Source: an uncultured delta proteobacterium (lineage in GTDB: Bacteria > Desulfobacterota > Desulfobacteria > Desulfobacterales > UBA2156). From it: a stretch of 64,000 nt of DNA. The translations under genes and the position numbers were made by a program. Under the pieces are notes generated by a model. That model did no database searches. It was not told the origin of the DNA and was given only the letters and a program-made list of their open reading frames with translations. The stretch's first letter is position 1. Every line of letters starts with the position of its first letter. The stretch is taken from NCBI GenBank assembly GCA_963736855.1, contig CAVTQK010000020.1, positions 1 to 64,000 on the forward strand. The letters are read 5' to 3'. Shown in pieces: positions 46,074 to 56,137 of the stretch.

Positions 46074-48265
46074 GAGCACTTGGAAAAGCCGCAGGAGTGG
46101 CAGACCATGCACCCTTCCTGGTGCGTCATCACGCCGCCGCAGTCCGGGCATACCCCGAGCATGTTCTCGGAGCTCTCAATGTCCGCGCGGGTGACGGCCT
46201 TGAGCACCTGGGCGATGGCGTCCGGACACGAGAGCACGATCCTGCCGTTTTGCCATGCCGGGGACGGGCAACGGATGCCGATGAGCTGTTTAGCGATGGC
46301 GTCCACCTTGACCCCGGACCGTAACGCCAGAGAGATGAGCCTTCCCGCCGCCTCGATCTGGGAAGAGGCGCATCCGCCGGTTTTCCCCATCTGGGCAAAG
46401 ACCTCGCACATCCCGCTATCATCGGAGTTGATGGTGACATAGAGTTTTCCACACCCGGTGGTGATCCGCTGGGTGATGCCGTGGGTCCGTTCGGGCCTGG
46501 GTCGCGGGGCGACTTGAACGGACTCCTTTTGCGAGGTTCCGATGCTGAGGACCTGTCGTTCCCGGCTTCCGTACCGGTAGAGGGTCACCCCCTTGCAACC
46601 GGATCGATAGGCCAGGCGGTAAACCGCGTCAACCTGCTCCCGCGTGGCGTCCTGGGCAAAATTAACGGTCTTGGATACGGCGTTGTCCGTATATTTTTGA
46701 AAGGCCGCCTGGATGCGGATGTGCCATTCCGGAGGGATGTCGTGGGAGGTTTTAAAGATTCTTTTCACCTCTTCCGGAACGTTATCCACTCGTTGCACGG
46801 AACCCGAAGCAACGATTTCCCGGACCAGCGCATCGGAATAAAAACCCTGCTTTCTGGCCATCCGGGTAAAAAAGGGATGAATCTCATAAAGAGTCTTTCC
46901 ATCCAGTACATGCCGTTCATGGGCTACGGCGAATAAGGGCTCGATGCCGCTGGATGTCCCCGCGATGATACTGAGGGTGCCGGTGGGGGCGATGGTGGTG
47001 GTGGTGGCGTTTCGCATATGCGGCGTCGCCGCATTATCGAAGATGCTGTCTGGATAATATGGAAAATTCCCCCGCTTTTTTGCAAGAGCGGCTGAGGCCT
47101 CCCGGGATTCCCTCTGGATGAACTCCATCACCGTTTCGGCCGCCGACTCCGCTTCTTCGGAATCATAAGGGATCCCCAAGAGGATCAGCATGTCGGCAAA
47201 CCCCATGACGCCCAGCCCGATCTTCCGGATCCCTTTGCTCAACTGCTCGATCTGGGGGAGGGGATACCGGTTCACCTCCACTACGTTATCGAGAAAATGA
47301 ACGGCCCGACCTACGGTCTCTTTGAGGCGCGTAAAATGGATCTTGCCCTTTGCCACCATCTTGGTCAGATTGATGGATCCCAGGGTGCAGGATTCATACG
47401 GCAATAACGGCTGCTCGCCGCACGGGTTGGTGGCCTCAATGACGCCGAGATGCGGTGTCGGCTGGTTCTCGTTGATGCGATCGATGAAAATCACCCCCGG
47501 CTCCCCGGTTCTCCAGGCCGAATCGACGATGGAATCGAAGATTTTCTTTGCCGGCACCGATGCGACTGCCTTTCCGGTTCTGGGATTCACTAGGTCAAAA
47601 GGGGCCTCCTTTTCCAAAGCCTCCATGAATTCCCGGGTCAGTGCCACTGAAATGTTGAAGTTGTTGAGTCTTTTGAGATCGTTTTTTGCCGTGATAAAGG
47701 CTTCCACGTCCGGATGATCGACCCTCAGAATCCCCATGTTGGCGCCGCGCCGGGTGCCTCCCTGTTTGACGGTCTCAGTCGCCACGTCAAAGACGGTCAT
47801 AAACGAAATGGGGCCGCTGGAAATCCCGGCAGTGGAAAGGACCATGTCCTGCTGTGGCCGGATCCTGGAAAAGGAAAACCCGGTTCCGCCTCCGGTCTTG
47901 TGGATAATGGCGGTGTGTTTCAAAGTTTCGAAAATGCTTTCCATGGAATCCTCGATGGGAAGAACGAAACACGCAGCAAGCTGTCCCAGACGCCTTCCGG
48001 CATTCATCATTGTGGGCGAGTTGGGTAAAAAATATAGGTGCATCAAGATTTCTTCGAAACCCCGGGCCGTTTTGGAGGCATCGGCTTTCGGATCAAACTT
48101 CAGATCCGCAACGGCAACAGCCTGAGCCACCCGTTTGAACATGTCTTCCGGTGTCTCGATGACATTTCCGTCAGGGTCTTTTTTCAGGTATCGCTTTTCG
48201 AGTACCAGGCGTGCGTTGGGTGTCAGGGCTGCGTATTCTCGGGCTTTTTTTTTGGATGGACTCAT
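46070..48265 (-). CDS. nrdJ: Vitamin B12-dependent (class II) ribonucleotide reductase with C-terminal TSCPD/zinc-ribbon domain
   Basis: PNSPT.MNAG, QGGTRRGANM, TNPCGEQPL, TIAPTGT, SKTVN and SCPD motifs. Confidence 0.95.
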   Translation of the reverse strand: MSPSKKKAREYAALTPNARLVLEKRYLKKDPDGNVIETPEDMFKRVAQAVAVADLKFDPKADASKTARGFEEILMHLYFLPNSPTMMNAGRRLGQLAACFVLPIEDSMESIFETLKHTAIIHKTGGGTGFSFSRIRPQQDMVLSTAGISSGPISFMTVFDVATETVKQGGTRRGANMGILRVDHPDVEAFITAKNDLKRLNNFNISVALTREFMEALEKEAPFDLVNPRTGKAVASVPAKKIFDSIVDSAWRTGEPGVIFIDRINENQPTPHLGVIEATNPCGEQPLLPYESCTLGSINLTKMVAKGKIHFTRLKETVGRAVHFLDNVVEVNRYPLPQIEQLSKGIRKIGLGVMGFADMLILLGIPYDSEEAESAAETVMEFIQRESREASAALAKKRGNFPYYPDSIFDNAATPHMRNATTTTIAPTGTLSIIAGTSSGIEPLFAVAHERHVLDGKTLYEIHPFFTRMARKQGFYSDALVREIVASGSVQRVDNVPEEVKRIFKTSHDIPPEWHIRIQAAFQKYTDNAVSKTVNFAQDATREQVDAVYRLAYRSGCKGVTLYRYGSRERQVLSIGTSQKESVQVAPRPRPERTHGITQRITTGCGKLYVTINSDDSGMCEVFAQMGKTGGCASSQIEAAGRLISLALRSGVKVDAIAKQLIGIRCPSPAWQNGRIVLSCPDAIAQVLKAVTRADIESSENMLGVCPDCGGVMTHQEGCMVCHSCGFSKCS

Positions 48266-49170
48266 ACCGGCTTCGCCTCTTTTATGCTTTCTTTTAAGAA
48301 TCGTGAAAAGGCCTCAACCAGGGGAGAGGGGGTTCGATGGCGATGAAAAGTCAAATAGACCCCCCTTTTGAGGTTCAGCCTATCCACCGATAGACTTTTC
48401 AGAGTGTTGGTGCGCAAATCCTCTTCAACCGCGATTTTGGACAGAATGGAAATCCCCATACGGCCCTTGATCCCTTGCCGAATCGCCTCCGTACTTCCCA
48501 TCTCTGCAACCACTTTAAGGTCCTGGATGCGAATCCCGTTTTTCATCAGGCTTTCTTCGATGGAAGCCCGTGTCCCCGAACCTTCTTCCCTTATAATAAA
48601 CGGTCCCGAGCGCAATGTCGTCAGGCTGATCCGCGCTTTTTTGGCCCATGGATGTTCAGGAAAGACCACCAAAACCATTTCATCTTCCATAAGAATTTCC
48701 TGAAAAATCCGCCTGTCTTTGACTTTGGCCCCCACTACTCCCAAGGCGAGTATGCCTTCCTGGATATCGCCGACGATCTGCATTGTGTCTCCGATCTTCA
48801 GGGAAACCGTCACATGGGGATGTGCGGCGCAAAAGGCACCGATGACCCTGGGCAGGAGATATGTCCCGGGAATCGTGCTACCTCCGATCAGGAGGCGTCC
48901 TTTCACCTTACCATGGAACTGAGCCAGGGCCGTTTCCATCTCGTCTTTTAACCCCACAAGCCTCACAGCGTATCGGAAGAGGATCCGGCCGGCTTGGGTG
49001 GGAACGGCTTCCTTGGCCAATCGGTCAATGAGTCGGCAGTTGAAATGGGCTTCCAGGTCCCGGATATGGCTGCTGACAGTAGGCTGGGAGAGACGCAGGC
49101 TGTTTCCAGCCTTGGAAAAACTCTTCTGCTCCACCACCTTGGTAAAGACGATGAGATGCCATAAATCCAT
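48262..49170 (-). CDS. LysR-family regulator (resembles the selenium-metabolism-associated/CysL subfamily)
   Basis: SFSKA..L.LSQPTVS, GSTIPG.YLLP and REEGSGTR motifs. Confidence 0.88.
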   Translation of the reverse strand: MDLWHLIVFTKVVEQKSFSKAGNSLRLSQPTVSSHIRDLEAHFNCRLIDRLAKEAVPTQAGRILFRYAVRLVGLKDEMETALAQFHGKVKGRLLIGGSTIPGTYLLPRVIGAFCAAHPHVTVSLKIGDTMQIVGDIQEGILALGVVGAKVKDRRIFQEILMEDEMVLVVFPEHPWAKKARISLTTLRSGPFIIREEGSGTRASIEESLMKNGIRIQDLKVVAEMGSTEAIRQGIKGRMGISILSKIAVEEDLRTNTLKSLSVDRLNLKRGVYLTFHRHRTPSPLVEAFSRFLKESIKEAKPV

Positions 49171-49218
49171 TGTCCCCCCGCTTTTTACCCTGTTGTTGCA
49201 ACTGCAGGGTTTGCTGGG

Positions 49219-49707
49219 TCAGGGCGATTGATGGAATTTCTCTTTCAGTCTCCGGCTTACGATGGGAGGGACCATGTCATCGATTTCGCCGCCAAATCGA
49301 GCCGCCTCTTTGATGATGGACGAACTGGTGAAAATCCATCGCAGTTCCGTCATCATAAAGACAGTCTGAATCTTCCGGTTGAGCTTTCGGTTCATCAGGG
49401 CCATTTGAAATTCATACTCGAAATCGGAGACGGCGCGCATGCCACGAATAATGGCTTGCGCCTTCTTTTGGACCGCGTAGTCAATAAGCAGTCCTTTAAA
49501 GGTGTCGATTTCGACATTCGGAAATGCCTCCAGGCTGGCTTTCAGCATTTCGAGACGTTCATCCACTGTAAACAAGGCTTTTTTTTGCGGGTTGATCAGA
49601 ATGGCCACGATAACTTTGTCAAAAAGGGCGAGTCCACGCTCGAGGATGTCCAAGTGGCCATAAGTGACCGGATCGAAGGAACCGGGATAAATGGCTATGT
49701 GTTTCAT
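49219..49707 (-). CDS. coaD: Pantetheine-phosphate adenylyltransferase
   Basis: YPGSFDPVT.GHLD and RG.RAVSDFEYE motifs. Confidence 0.96.
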   Translation of the reverse strand: MKHIAIYPGSFDPVTYGHLDILERGLALFDKVIVAILINPQKKALFTVDERLEMLKASLEAFPNVEIDTFKGLLIDYAVQKKAQAIIRGMRAVSDFEYEFQMALMNRKLNRKIQTVFMMTELRWIFTSSSIIKEAARFGGEIDDMVPPIVSRRLKEKFHQSP

Positions 49708-49782
49708 ACCAACGACCTTTATGTCAAGAGGTGAGGGTGTGCTGTTCGATCCCCATGGAAACGATTTAACAACGGCCGAATT

Positions 49783-50337
49783 TCATAACACACGTTCCAG
49801 AAATGAAACAAGGGTTTTCCCGTATTTTCGCTTTTCGGATATGGAAAATCCGGATATTTGCATGGGCTCCTTTATCCCGTGCTCGACAACTACGACGGCC
49901 CCTTTTTGAAGGACACCGCTTTCATTGAGGTTCTGGAGGGCGGGAATAACGATGCCATGATTATAGGGAGGATCCATAAAGACAAGATTGAAGGTGTCGG
50001 CGAATCCGGCCAGGCAGTGAAGGTTTCGATCGATGTCCCAGTGAAACACCCTTGATCGATCCTGCACCTTGCACCGCAGGATATTTTTCTGGAGAGTCGT
50101 TACGGCACTTGGATCTGCGTCTACAAAGACGGCGAACTGCGCACCCCGACTCAACGCTTCGATACCCAGGGCCCCGCTTCCGGCAAAAAGATCCAGAACC
50201 ATGGCAGACAACACTCTATGATACAGAATATTGAAGATGGCCTCCCGGACTCGGCCGGAAGTCGGTCGAACGGAATCCCCCTTCAGGGAAAGCAAAGAAG
50301 TCCCCTTCAGGGTGCCTGAAAAAATGCGCAGTCCCAT
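49783..50337 (-). CDS. rsmD: 16S rRNA m2G966 methyltransferase
   Basis: RPT..RVREAIFN, LDLFAGSGALGIEALSRGA and DPPY motifs. Confidence 0.95.
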   Translation of the reverse strand: MGLRIFSGTLKGTSLLSLKGDSVRPTSGRVREAIFNILYHRVLSAMVLDLFAGSGALGIEALSRGAQFAVFVDADPSAVTTLQKNILRCKVQDRSRVFHWDIDRNLHCLAGFADTFNLVFMDPPYNHGIVIPALQNLNESGVLQKGAVVVVEHGIKEPMQISGFSISEKRKYGKTLVSFLERVL

Positions 50338-50458
50338 AGACGGATTTTGAGTATCAAACAGCGATACGCAGAACTACAATCGACCCTCAATGCATTCGTT
50401 GGAATCCTCTCTTTCTACCGAAGCCTCTGACCCTCCAACCTTTGGACCTTTTGATGAT

Positions 50459-51823
50459 TCATTGAATCCCCAAGATTTTGAGAGCGCTCTGGAGATGGCG
50501 GGAATCCATACCGATCCGTTTGGCAGCTTTAGCAACGTCCCGTCGGCTTTGGAGGTATTTTTCTCGGATATATTCCCTCTCGAAGGCCTGGGTCGCTTTT
50601 TTCAGGCCGTCGATTGAGAACAGATCGGCCTCCCTGACTGCTTCAGGATGCGGTAAAGGGCCAGGGTTGTATGGCCTGGGGATATCCGAAACCTCAATCT
50701 CCTCTTTTTCCACCATAATGGACAGTCGTTCGATAAGGTTTTTAAGCTCCCGAACGTTTCCCGGCCAGGAATAGGCAATCAGCAGATCCAAAGCCTCTTG
50801 ATGGATCCGTTTCCTGGTACTTCTGCTTTCCCGGCTAAATTCGTCTAAAAAGATGTCCATGAGCAGGGGAATGTCTTCCCGACGTTCCCTCAAAGGCGGA
50901 ACTTCGATCGGGATCACATTGATTCGATAATACAATTCCTCACGAAAGTTTCCTTTTGCAATTTCATTTTTTAGGTCCTTGTTGCTGGCGGCGATCACCC
51001 GGATGTTCAGGTGGAGCACTCTCCCGCTGCCGATTCTTTGAAACTGCTGCTCCTGAAGCACCCGCAGCATGGTGGCCTGGGTCTTCAAGGGCATATCTCC
51101 GATTTCGTCCAGGAAAACAGTGCCTTTATTCGCCAGCTCCAGCTTGCCGATTTTCTTCGCGGCAGAACCGTTGACGGCTCCCTTTTCGTGTCCGAAGAGT
51201 TCACTGTCGATGAGAACCTCGGGAATGGCTGCACAGTTGATGTCGATGAGGGGTTGATCCGATCGGGGACTGAAATGGTGAATGCTCCGGGCCGCCAACT
51301 CCTTTCCGGTGCCGTTCTCCCCGGTGATCAGGACCCATTTGTCCGTAGCGCCCGCGGCGGCGATCTGTTTTCTTAAGTTCACGATAGAGGGACTATTTCC
51401 GTTGATGGAATGCTTTTCGATGGTCTTTTTCCTTAAGTACTTGTTTTCCTCTTCCAGCCTCTGAAAATTGAGGGCGTTATTGATTGCAACGATGACCTTA
51501 TCAATGGAGAGTGGTTTTTCGATGAAATCAAAAGCCCCCAGCTTGGTCGCCTTGACCGCTGTTTCGATGGTACCATGGCCCGTGATGATAATGACCTGGA
51601 TGCTCGGATTGTCCTTCTTGATCTCTTTCAAGGTCTCGATGCCGTCGATGCCCGGCATCCAGACGTCCAGAAGGACCAGGTCCGGAAAATGCACGTCGAT
51701 GATTTTGAGGGCTTCATAACCATTGATGGCGGTGAGAACCTCGAATCCCTCGTCTTCCAGCAAACCGCCGAGGCTTTGGAGTATGGAGGGTTCGTCATCC
51801 ACGATTAAAATGGAAGGGAACAT
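50459..51823 (-). CDS. NtrX-like response regulator (degenerate GAFTGA loop)
   Basis: Receiver domain plus AAA+ (GENGTGKE, WPGNVREL); GAVNGS replaces GAFTGA. Confidence 0.88.
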   Translation of the reverse strand: MFPSILIVDDEPSILQSLGGLLEDEGFEVLTAINGYEALKIIDVHFPDLVLLDVWMPGIDGIETLKEIKKDNPSIQVIIITGHGTIETAVKATKLGAFDFIEKPLSIDKVIVAINNALNFQRLEEENKYLRKKTIEKHSINGNSPSIVNLRKQIAAAGATDKWVLITGENGTGKELAARSIHHFSPRSDQPLIDINCAAIPEVLIDSELFGHEKGAVNGSAAKKIGKLELANKGTVFLDEIGDMPLKTQATMLRVLQEQQFQRIGSGRVLHLNIRVIAASNKDLKNEIAKGNFREELYYRINVIPIEVPPLRERREDIPLLMDIFLDEFSRESRSTRKRIHQEALDLLIAYSWPGNVRELKNLIERLSIMVEKEEIEVSDIPRPYNPGPLPHPEAVREADLFSIDGLKKATQAFEREYIREKYLQSRRDVAKAAKRIGMDSRHLQSALKILGIQ

Positions 51824-51900
51824 GGGGTTGTCGTCTCCTGTTGTATGGTCGCTGATGATATCGCCGATTTCGTGTTTCTTTTTTTATGAGAATAATCGGG

Positions 51901-54135
51901 CTATGCCGGGAGTTCAATAATAAATTTTGCCCCTCCGACGGGATTGTCCTGCACCCGGATCAAACCATTGTGCTCATCGATGATGGCGCTCACAATGGCG
52001 AGCCCCAGGCCCATCCCGCTGGTTTTGGTGGAGAATTTCGGCTCGAAAAGCCTTGTTTTATCTGCATCCGGGATCCCCTCCCCACTGTCGGTAATTTCGA
52101 TGCGGACCCGCTTCAAGATAGGGTCGTAGGCTACGGCGATATGGATGTAACCGGTCTCCTTGATGGCATAGATGGCATTTTCGATCAGGTTGATGAGGGC
52201 TTGCTTAATCTGCTGGCGGTCAAGGTTCATCTGAGGGATGGCATCGCTTACCTGGATTTGAAAATCGATGTTCCGATATTCTTCTTTATAAAGGGAAACC
52301 GTTTCCTCGATGATGGGAATCAGTGCGTTGGGTTTGGGATTGGCAACGGGAAACCGCGCAAAAGTCGAAAACTCATCGACCAGATTCCGGATCACTTCCA
52401 CATGCTCGGTAATGGTACGGGTGCACTCCTCGAAAACCGGATCCTGAATCTGATCGTAAAACTTTCGTTTCAGTCGCTGGGCGGAAAGGGCGATGGGGGT
52501 AAGGGGATTTTTGACTTCGTGGGCGATGCGACGGGCAACTTCCCGCCAGGCTACCATGCGCTGCGCCTTTTCCAGTTCCGTGAGATCATCAAAAACCATC
52601 ACCAGCCCCATGTGTTGATTTCGGTCGTCCTTCAGTGCGTTGATATGGATTAAAAAGCTTCTCGGCCTGCCTGCCACTGTCATTCTTAAAGGCAATTCCA
52701 CCGCGCTCTTACTGGAAGCCGATAGGCTTTCCATGATATCATCGGCAATGTTTAAATGCTTCTTGTCGATCAAATCTATATAACTGTGGTTCACGATTTG
52801 GGCGGGAGTGAGGTTTAACATCTTTTCAGCGGATTTGTTGATGGTGGTGATATATCCCTCAGCATCCAGGGTGATTACGCCTGCGGAAACATTCCTGAGT
52901 ACGATCTCCATGTATTGCCGCTTTTCTTCGATTTCGACGTTCTGCTCCTTGAGCATCCGGGCGGATCGTTCCAGCTGCTCCCGGCTGACATTCAAGTCCT
53001 GAGTCATTTTATTGAATGAATCAACTAGGATGCCGATTTCATCGTCGGCCGGAAGGCCGATACGAACATTGAGGTCCCCTTCCGCCACCCGACGGGTTCC
53101 TTCGGCCAGCTCCATGATGGGAATCGTTATAGACCTTGCCTGATAAAATCCAAACCAGATGGCGCAAAACATCACCAGAAGCGCCACGATGGAAAGGGTG
53201 ATGTAATAGGTGATCTGGATCGGCCTTTTCAGCAGTGTCCTCTGACGATATTCCTCAAATCCCCTTGAAATGGAGGCCAGGTTTTCGGAAAGCTCCTCGG
53301 AAAGCAGAACCGACAGAACGATGAATCCTTCCGAGGATTCATTTTTTTCTCCATAAGGGATGCTTCCGATGGTCCTTACCAGTTCTCCCTGGGGGAGCGT
53401 CTCGATGAAGGAGTGAACACCTTCGAACCCCCTGTCTTTTTGCAGGTTGTCGGCAGATACAACCTTCAGGGGTATCATTTCCAAGGCCTGGGATAGGGCG
53501 TAGGTGAGCCGTTTCGAATTGGCGCTGTAGAGTTCTATAGCTGGGATGTTGAACTCCCGTTGAACTACTTGGGTATACTTGTCCAGGACCTCGGCCTTCT
53601 TTGGATCCAACAGTTTTTTTCTGGCAATCCGATAGGCGATCCGTTCAACAAAATAGCGATTGTTTTCTTCCACATGATTATAGATCTGACGGCCCACAAG
53701 CAGAGAATTTTCAAGGGCCTGTTCCACCGGAACGTTGAACCAGAACTCGATACTGGTGGTAATAAAATTGATGGAGAAGATAAACAGGACGATGGTGGGC
53801 ATGAGGGTCAGCATGATAAATGCGAGCACGAGGCGGGTGCGCAGTTTGGCGCCGATGACCTTTTTTTTTCGGTCATAAAGAAGCTTAACCAGGTTTCTCA
53901 ATACCAGAAAAATCAGCAATATCAGTAGGAGAAAATTAATATTAATCAGGATGAACATGAGGGTGGTGTTGGAGATGGGAAACGCCGAACCGAACTGGAT
54001 CACCTTGGTTTCTGCGTATGTGAGAAGGGAAACAACCGCAGGGATGACCAGGATGAGGACGATCTCTCTTTTGCGTTTCCGCCGCTCTTTTTCAGGCAGT
54101 GTCGCGAAGGATTTCGTAAATCGGTTCAAGCGCAT
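51901..54135 (-). CDS. NtrY-like PAS/HAMP sensor histidine kinase
   Basis: AWREVARRIAHEVKNPLTPI.LSAQRL H-box typical of NtrY; HAMP and PAS domains. Confidence 0.9.
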   Translation of the reverse strand: MRLNRFTKSFATLPEKERRKRKREIVLILVIPAVVSLLTYAETKVIQFGSAFPISNTTLMFILININFLLLILLIFLVLRNLVKLLYDRKKKVIGAKLRTRLVLAFIMLTLMPTIVLFIFSINFITTSIEFWFNVPVEQALENSLLVGRQIYNHVEENNRYFVERIAYRIARKKLLDPKKAEVLDKYTQVVQREFNIPAIELYSANSKRLTYALSQALEMIPLKVVSADNLQKDRGFEGVHSFIETLPQGELVRTIGSIPYGEKNESSEGFIVLSVLLSEELSENLASISRGFEEYRQRTLLKRPIQITYYITLSIVALLVMFCAIWFGFYQARSITIPIMELAEGTRRVAEGDLNVRIGLPADDEIGILVDSFNKMTQDLNVSREQLERSARMLKEQNVEIEEKRQYMEIVLRNVSAGVITLDAEGYITTINKSAEKMLNLTPAQIVNHSYIDLIDKKHLNIADDIMESLSASSKSAVELPLRMTVAGRPRSFLIHINALKDDRNQHMGLVMVFDDLTELEKAQRMVAWREVARRIAHEVKNPLTPIALSAQRLKRKFYDQIQDPVFEECTRTITEHVEVIRNLVDEFSTFARFPVANPKPNALIPIIEETVSLYKEEYRNIDFQIQVSDAIPQMNLDRQQIKQALINLIENAIYAIKETGYIHIAVAYDPILKRVRIEITDSGEGIPDADKTRLFEPKFSTKTSGMGLGLAIVSAIIDEHNGLIRVQDNPVGGAKFIIELPA

Positions 54136-54306
54136 GGTTTACATCCGGCGTTACGGGCATGGAAACCTGTGTGCGGTATCTTTGTTTTCCGCACCAGGGC
54201 CTGGAATCGATATTGAAACTCTCCCAGCGAGTGTATTCCCTGCTCCCGGTAACGGGATGATTTCAGATCGATGATCCTTGATTGAAAAAATTTTTCCGAT
54301 CGGCGG

Positions 54307-54975
54307 TCAATAGATAAAATCCGTTGTGTACCAGTCGGTCTCGAAGTCCCAGAAGGCCATGAAAAACAGCACATAATGAAGATAAAACGGAAGCGTACGC
54401 TTGCTAAATTCCGCTTTGGCCTGGATTTGATATTGCCGGCCTTTTGTGAGGCGATTCAACTCGACGATTTTCAAGCTGTCGATTTCCGTCATCAGTTTCT
54501 GGGCTTCCAGGAAGGACCGGGTCTTTACAGGCGAAGCGCTTTCCCAGGATCGATCCACGACAAATTCCTTCTTAAGGGGGTTGTATCGTAGGGTGTGCGT
54601 AACCTCCAACTCATCGATTTCCTTATCTAACCAGAAGGTACGATACTGATATAAATGGATGAAAAACGAAAAGGTCGCCGGCACGCCGCTGAGGATGGCG
54701 CTTTTCATGTCGTCAGGAAAGGCGCCTTCCACACGCAAATAAATGAGCAGATCGTCCCGGGTGTTGGTGACGATGATATGGGTGAGCTTCGCCTCCTGGG
54801 AAAAAACCGGACTTTGCGTCAACAGCAAAACGGATAGAAAACAAAATACCTTGAATAAATTCCGCAGCAAGCGCGCGGTAAAACTCGATCCCCTCAAAAG
54901 AACACCTCTCCGTGAAAACATCGGTCGGATCAAAAGTATCGTAAGGTTACAAGGACCTTCATTCGGATCCGGCAC
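54307..54975 (-). CDS. DUF4390-like periplasmic protein (start uncertain)
   Basis: Signal-like segment, I.SGVP..F.F and C-terminal WDFETDW; usual position upstream of ntrY. Confidence 0.7.
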   Translation of the reverse strand: MPDPNEGPCNLTILLIRPMFSRRGVLLRGSSFTARLLRNLFKVFCFLSVLLLTQSPVFSQEAKLTHIIVTNTRDDLLIYLRVEGAFPDDMKSAILSGVPATFSFFIHLYQYRTFWLDKEIDELEVTHTLRYNPLKKEFVVDRSWESASPVKTRSFLEAQKLMTEIDSLKIVELNRLTKGRQYQIQAKAEFSKRTLPFYLHYVLFFMAFWDFETDWYTTDFIY

Positions 54976-55057
54976 ACCGCATATAGTTTACCGAACTGAC
55001 CGATCCATACCGGATGTGCGTTGAAATCGCAAGAATTTTTGGGCCATGGAGAGGGAA

Positions 55058-55933
55058 TCAGGGTCTTTGAACGAAACAAGTTTCCCATGAATCCCGCCTC
55101 TTGAAGAACTCTTTGAGAAAGGCGTGGTTGAGTGCGTGACCTGATTTAGAGACCTTCAGATGCCCAAGGATGGGCATTCCCAAAAGGGAAAAATCTCCTA
55201 GGCAATCCAGGATCTTGTGTCGGACAAATTCGTTTTCCCAGCGAAGTCCGTCTTTGTTTAGGATCCGATCCGAGTCAATGACGATGGCGTTTTCCAAAGA
55301 AGCCCCCTTGGCAAAGCCATACAATTGAAGGTATTCGAACTCTTGGAGAAACCCATATGTTCTGGCTTTTGCAATCTCTTGCCCGAATCCCTTCTCGGTC
55401 AAAACCAGGGAAAAAGATTGGGATTGAATGACCGGATGGTCATAATGAATATGGCACGAGATTCGAAATTCCGGGGACGGATGCAGGGCCACAGTTTTTC
55501 CGTTTTCGGCAAGCTCAATGGGCTTTTTGATCATGAAAAAACATTTGGGGCTGTCTTGCTCTTGAATCCCCGCTTCCAGGATAGACACCGTGAAAGGGCC
55601 GGCGCTTCCATCCATGATCGGGATCTCGTAAGCATCAAGTTCCACCAGGGCATTGTCGATGGAGAGGCCGGCGAAACTGGCCATTAAATGCTCGATGGTA
55701 GAAACGATAAATCCGTCATGACCGATGACTGTGGCCATGCTGGTGTCCACCACGCTGTTCAAATGGGCTGAAATGCACGGGCTCTCCGGCAAGTCGATCC
55801 GCTTGAACCGGATCCCGTAATTGACCGGTGCCGGCTTGATGGTCAGACAAACCCTTTTGCCGGAATGGACCCCGATTCCGGAACAGTGAACAGGTTGTGC
55901 TACGGTTCTTTGTTTGTAAGGTATCATCAACAC
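55058..55933 (-). CDS. lpxC: UDP-3-O-acyl-GlcNAc deacetylase
   Basis: GIGVHSG, TIEHL, PIMDGS, HKILD and GHALN motifs. Confidence 0.96.
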   Translation of the reverse strand: MLMIPYKQRTVAQPVHCSGIGVHSGKRVCLTIKPAPVNYGIRFKRIDLPESPCISAHLNSVVDTSMATVIGHDGFIVSTIEHLMASFAGLSIDNALVELDAYEIPIMDGSAGPFTVSILEAGIQEQDSPKCFFMIKKPIELAENGKTVALHPSPEFRISCHIHYDHPVIQSQSFSLVLTEKGFGQEIAKARTYGFLQEFEYLQLYGFAKGASLENAIVIDSDRILNKDGLRWENEFVRHKILDCLGDFSLLGMPILGHLKVSKSGHALNHAFLKEFFKRRDSWETCFVQRP

Positions 55934-56137
55934 CGTTTCTTCCCCAGCCGAGTGAAACCGGCATCGGAAAAATGGCTTTTTATTTATTTAGGTAAGCATC
56001 CATAGCAGTTACTAAAGGGTAGTTCAATACCGATCTTGAAAGTTCCCGCGTTTCGTTTGATTTCAAGATCCGTTTCATAAAAAATTTGTCTCTTAAAAGG
56101 TGATCTGTTATATCCATTGGCGGGAATTGGGACAAAT

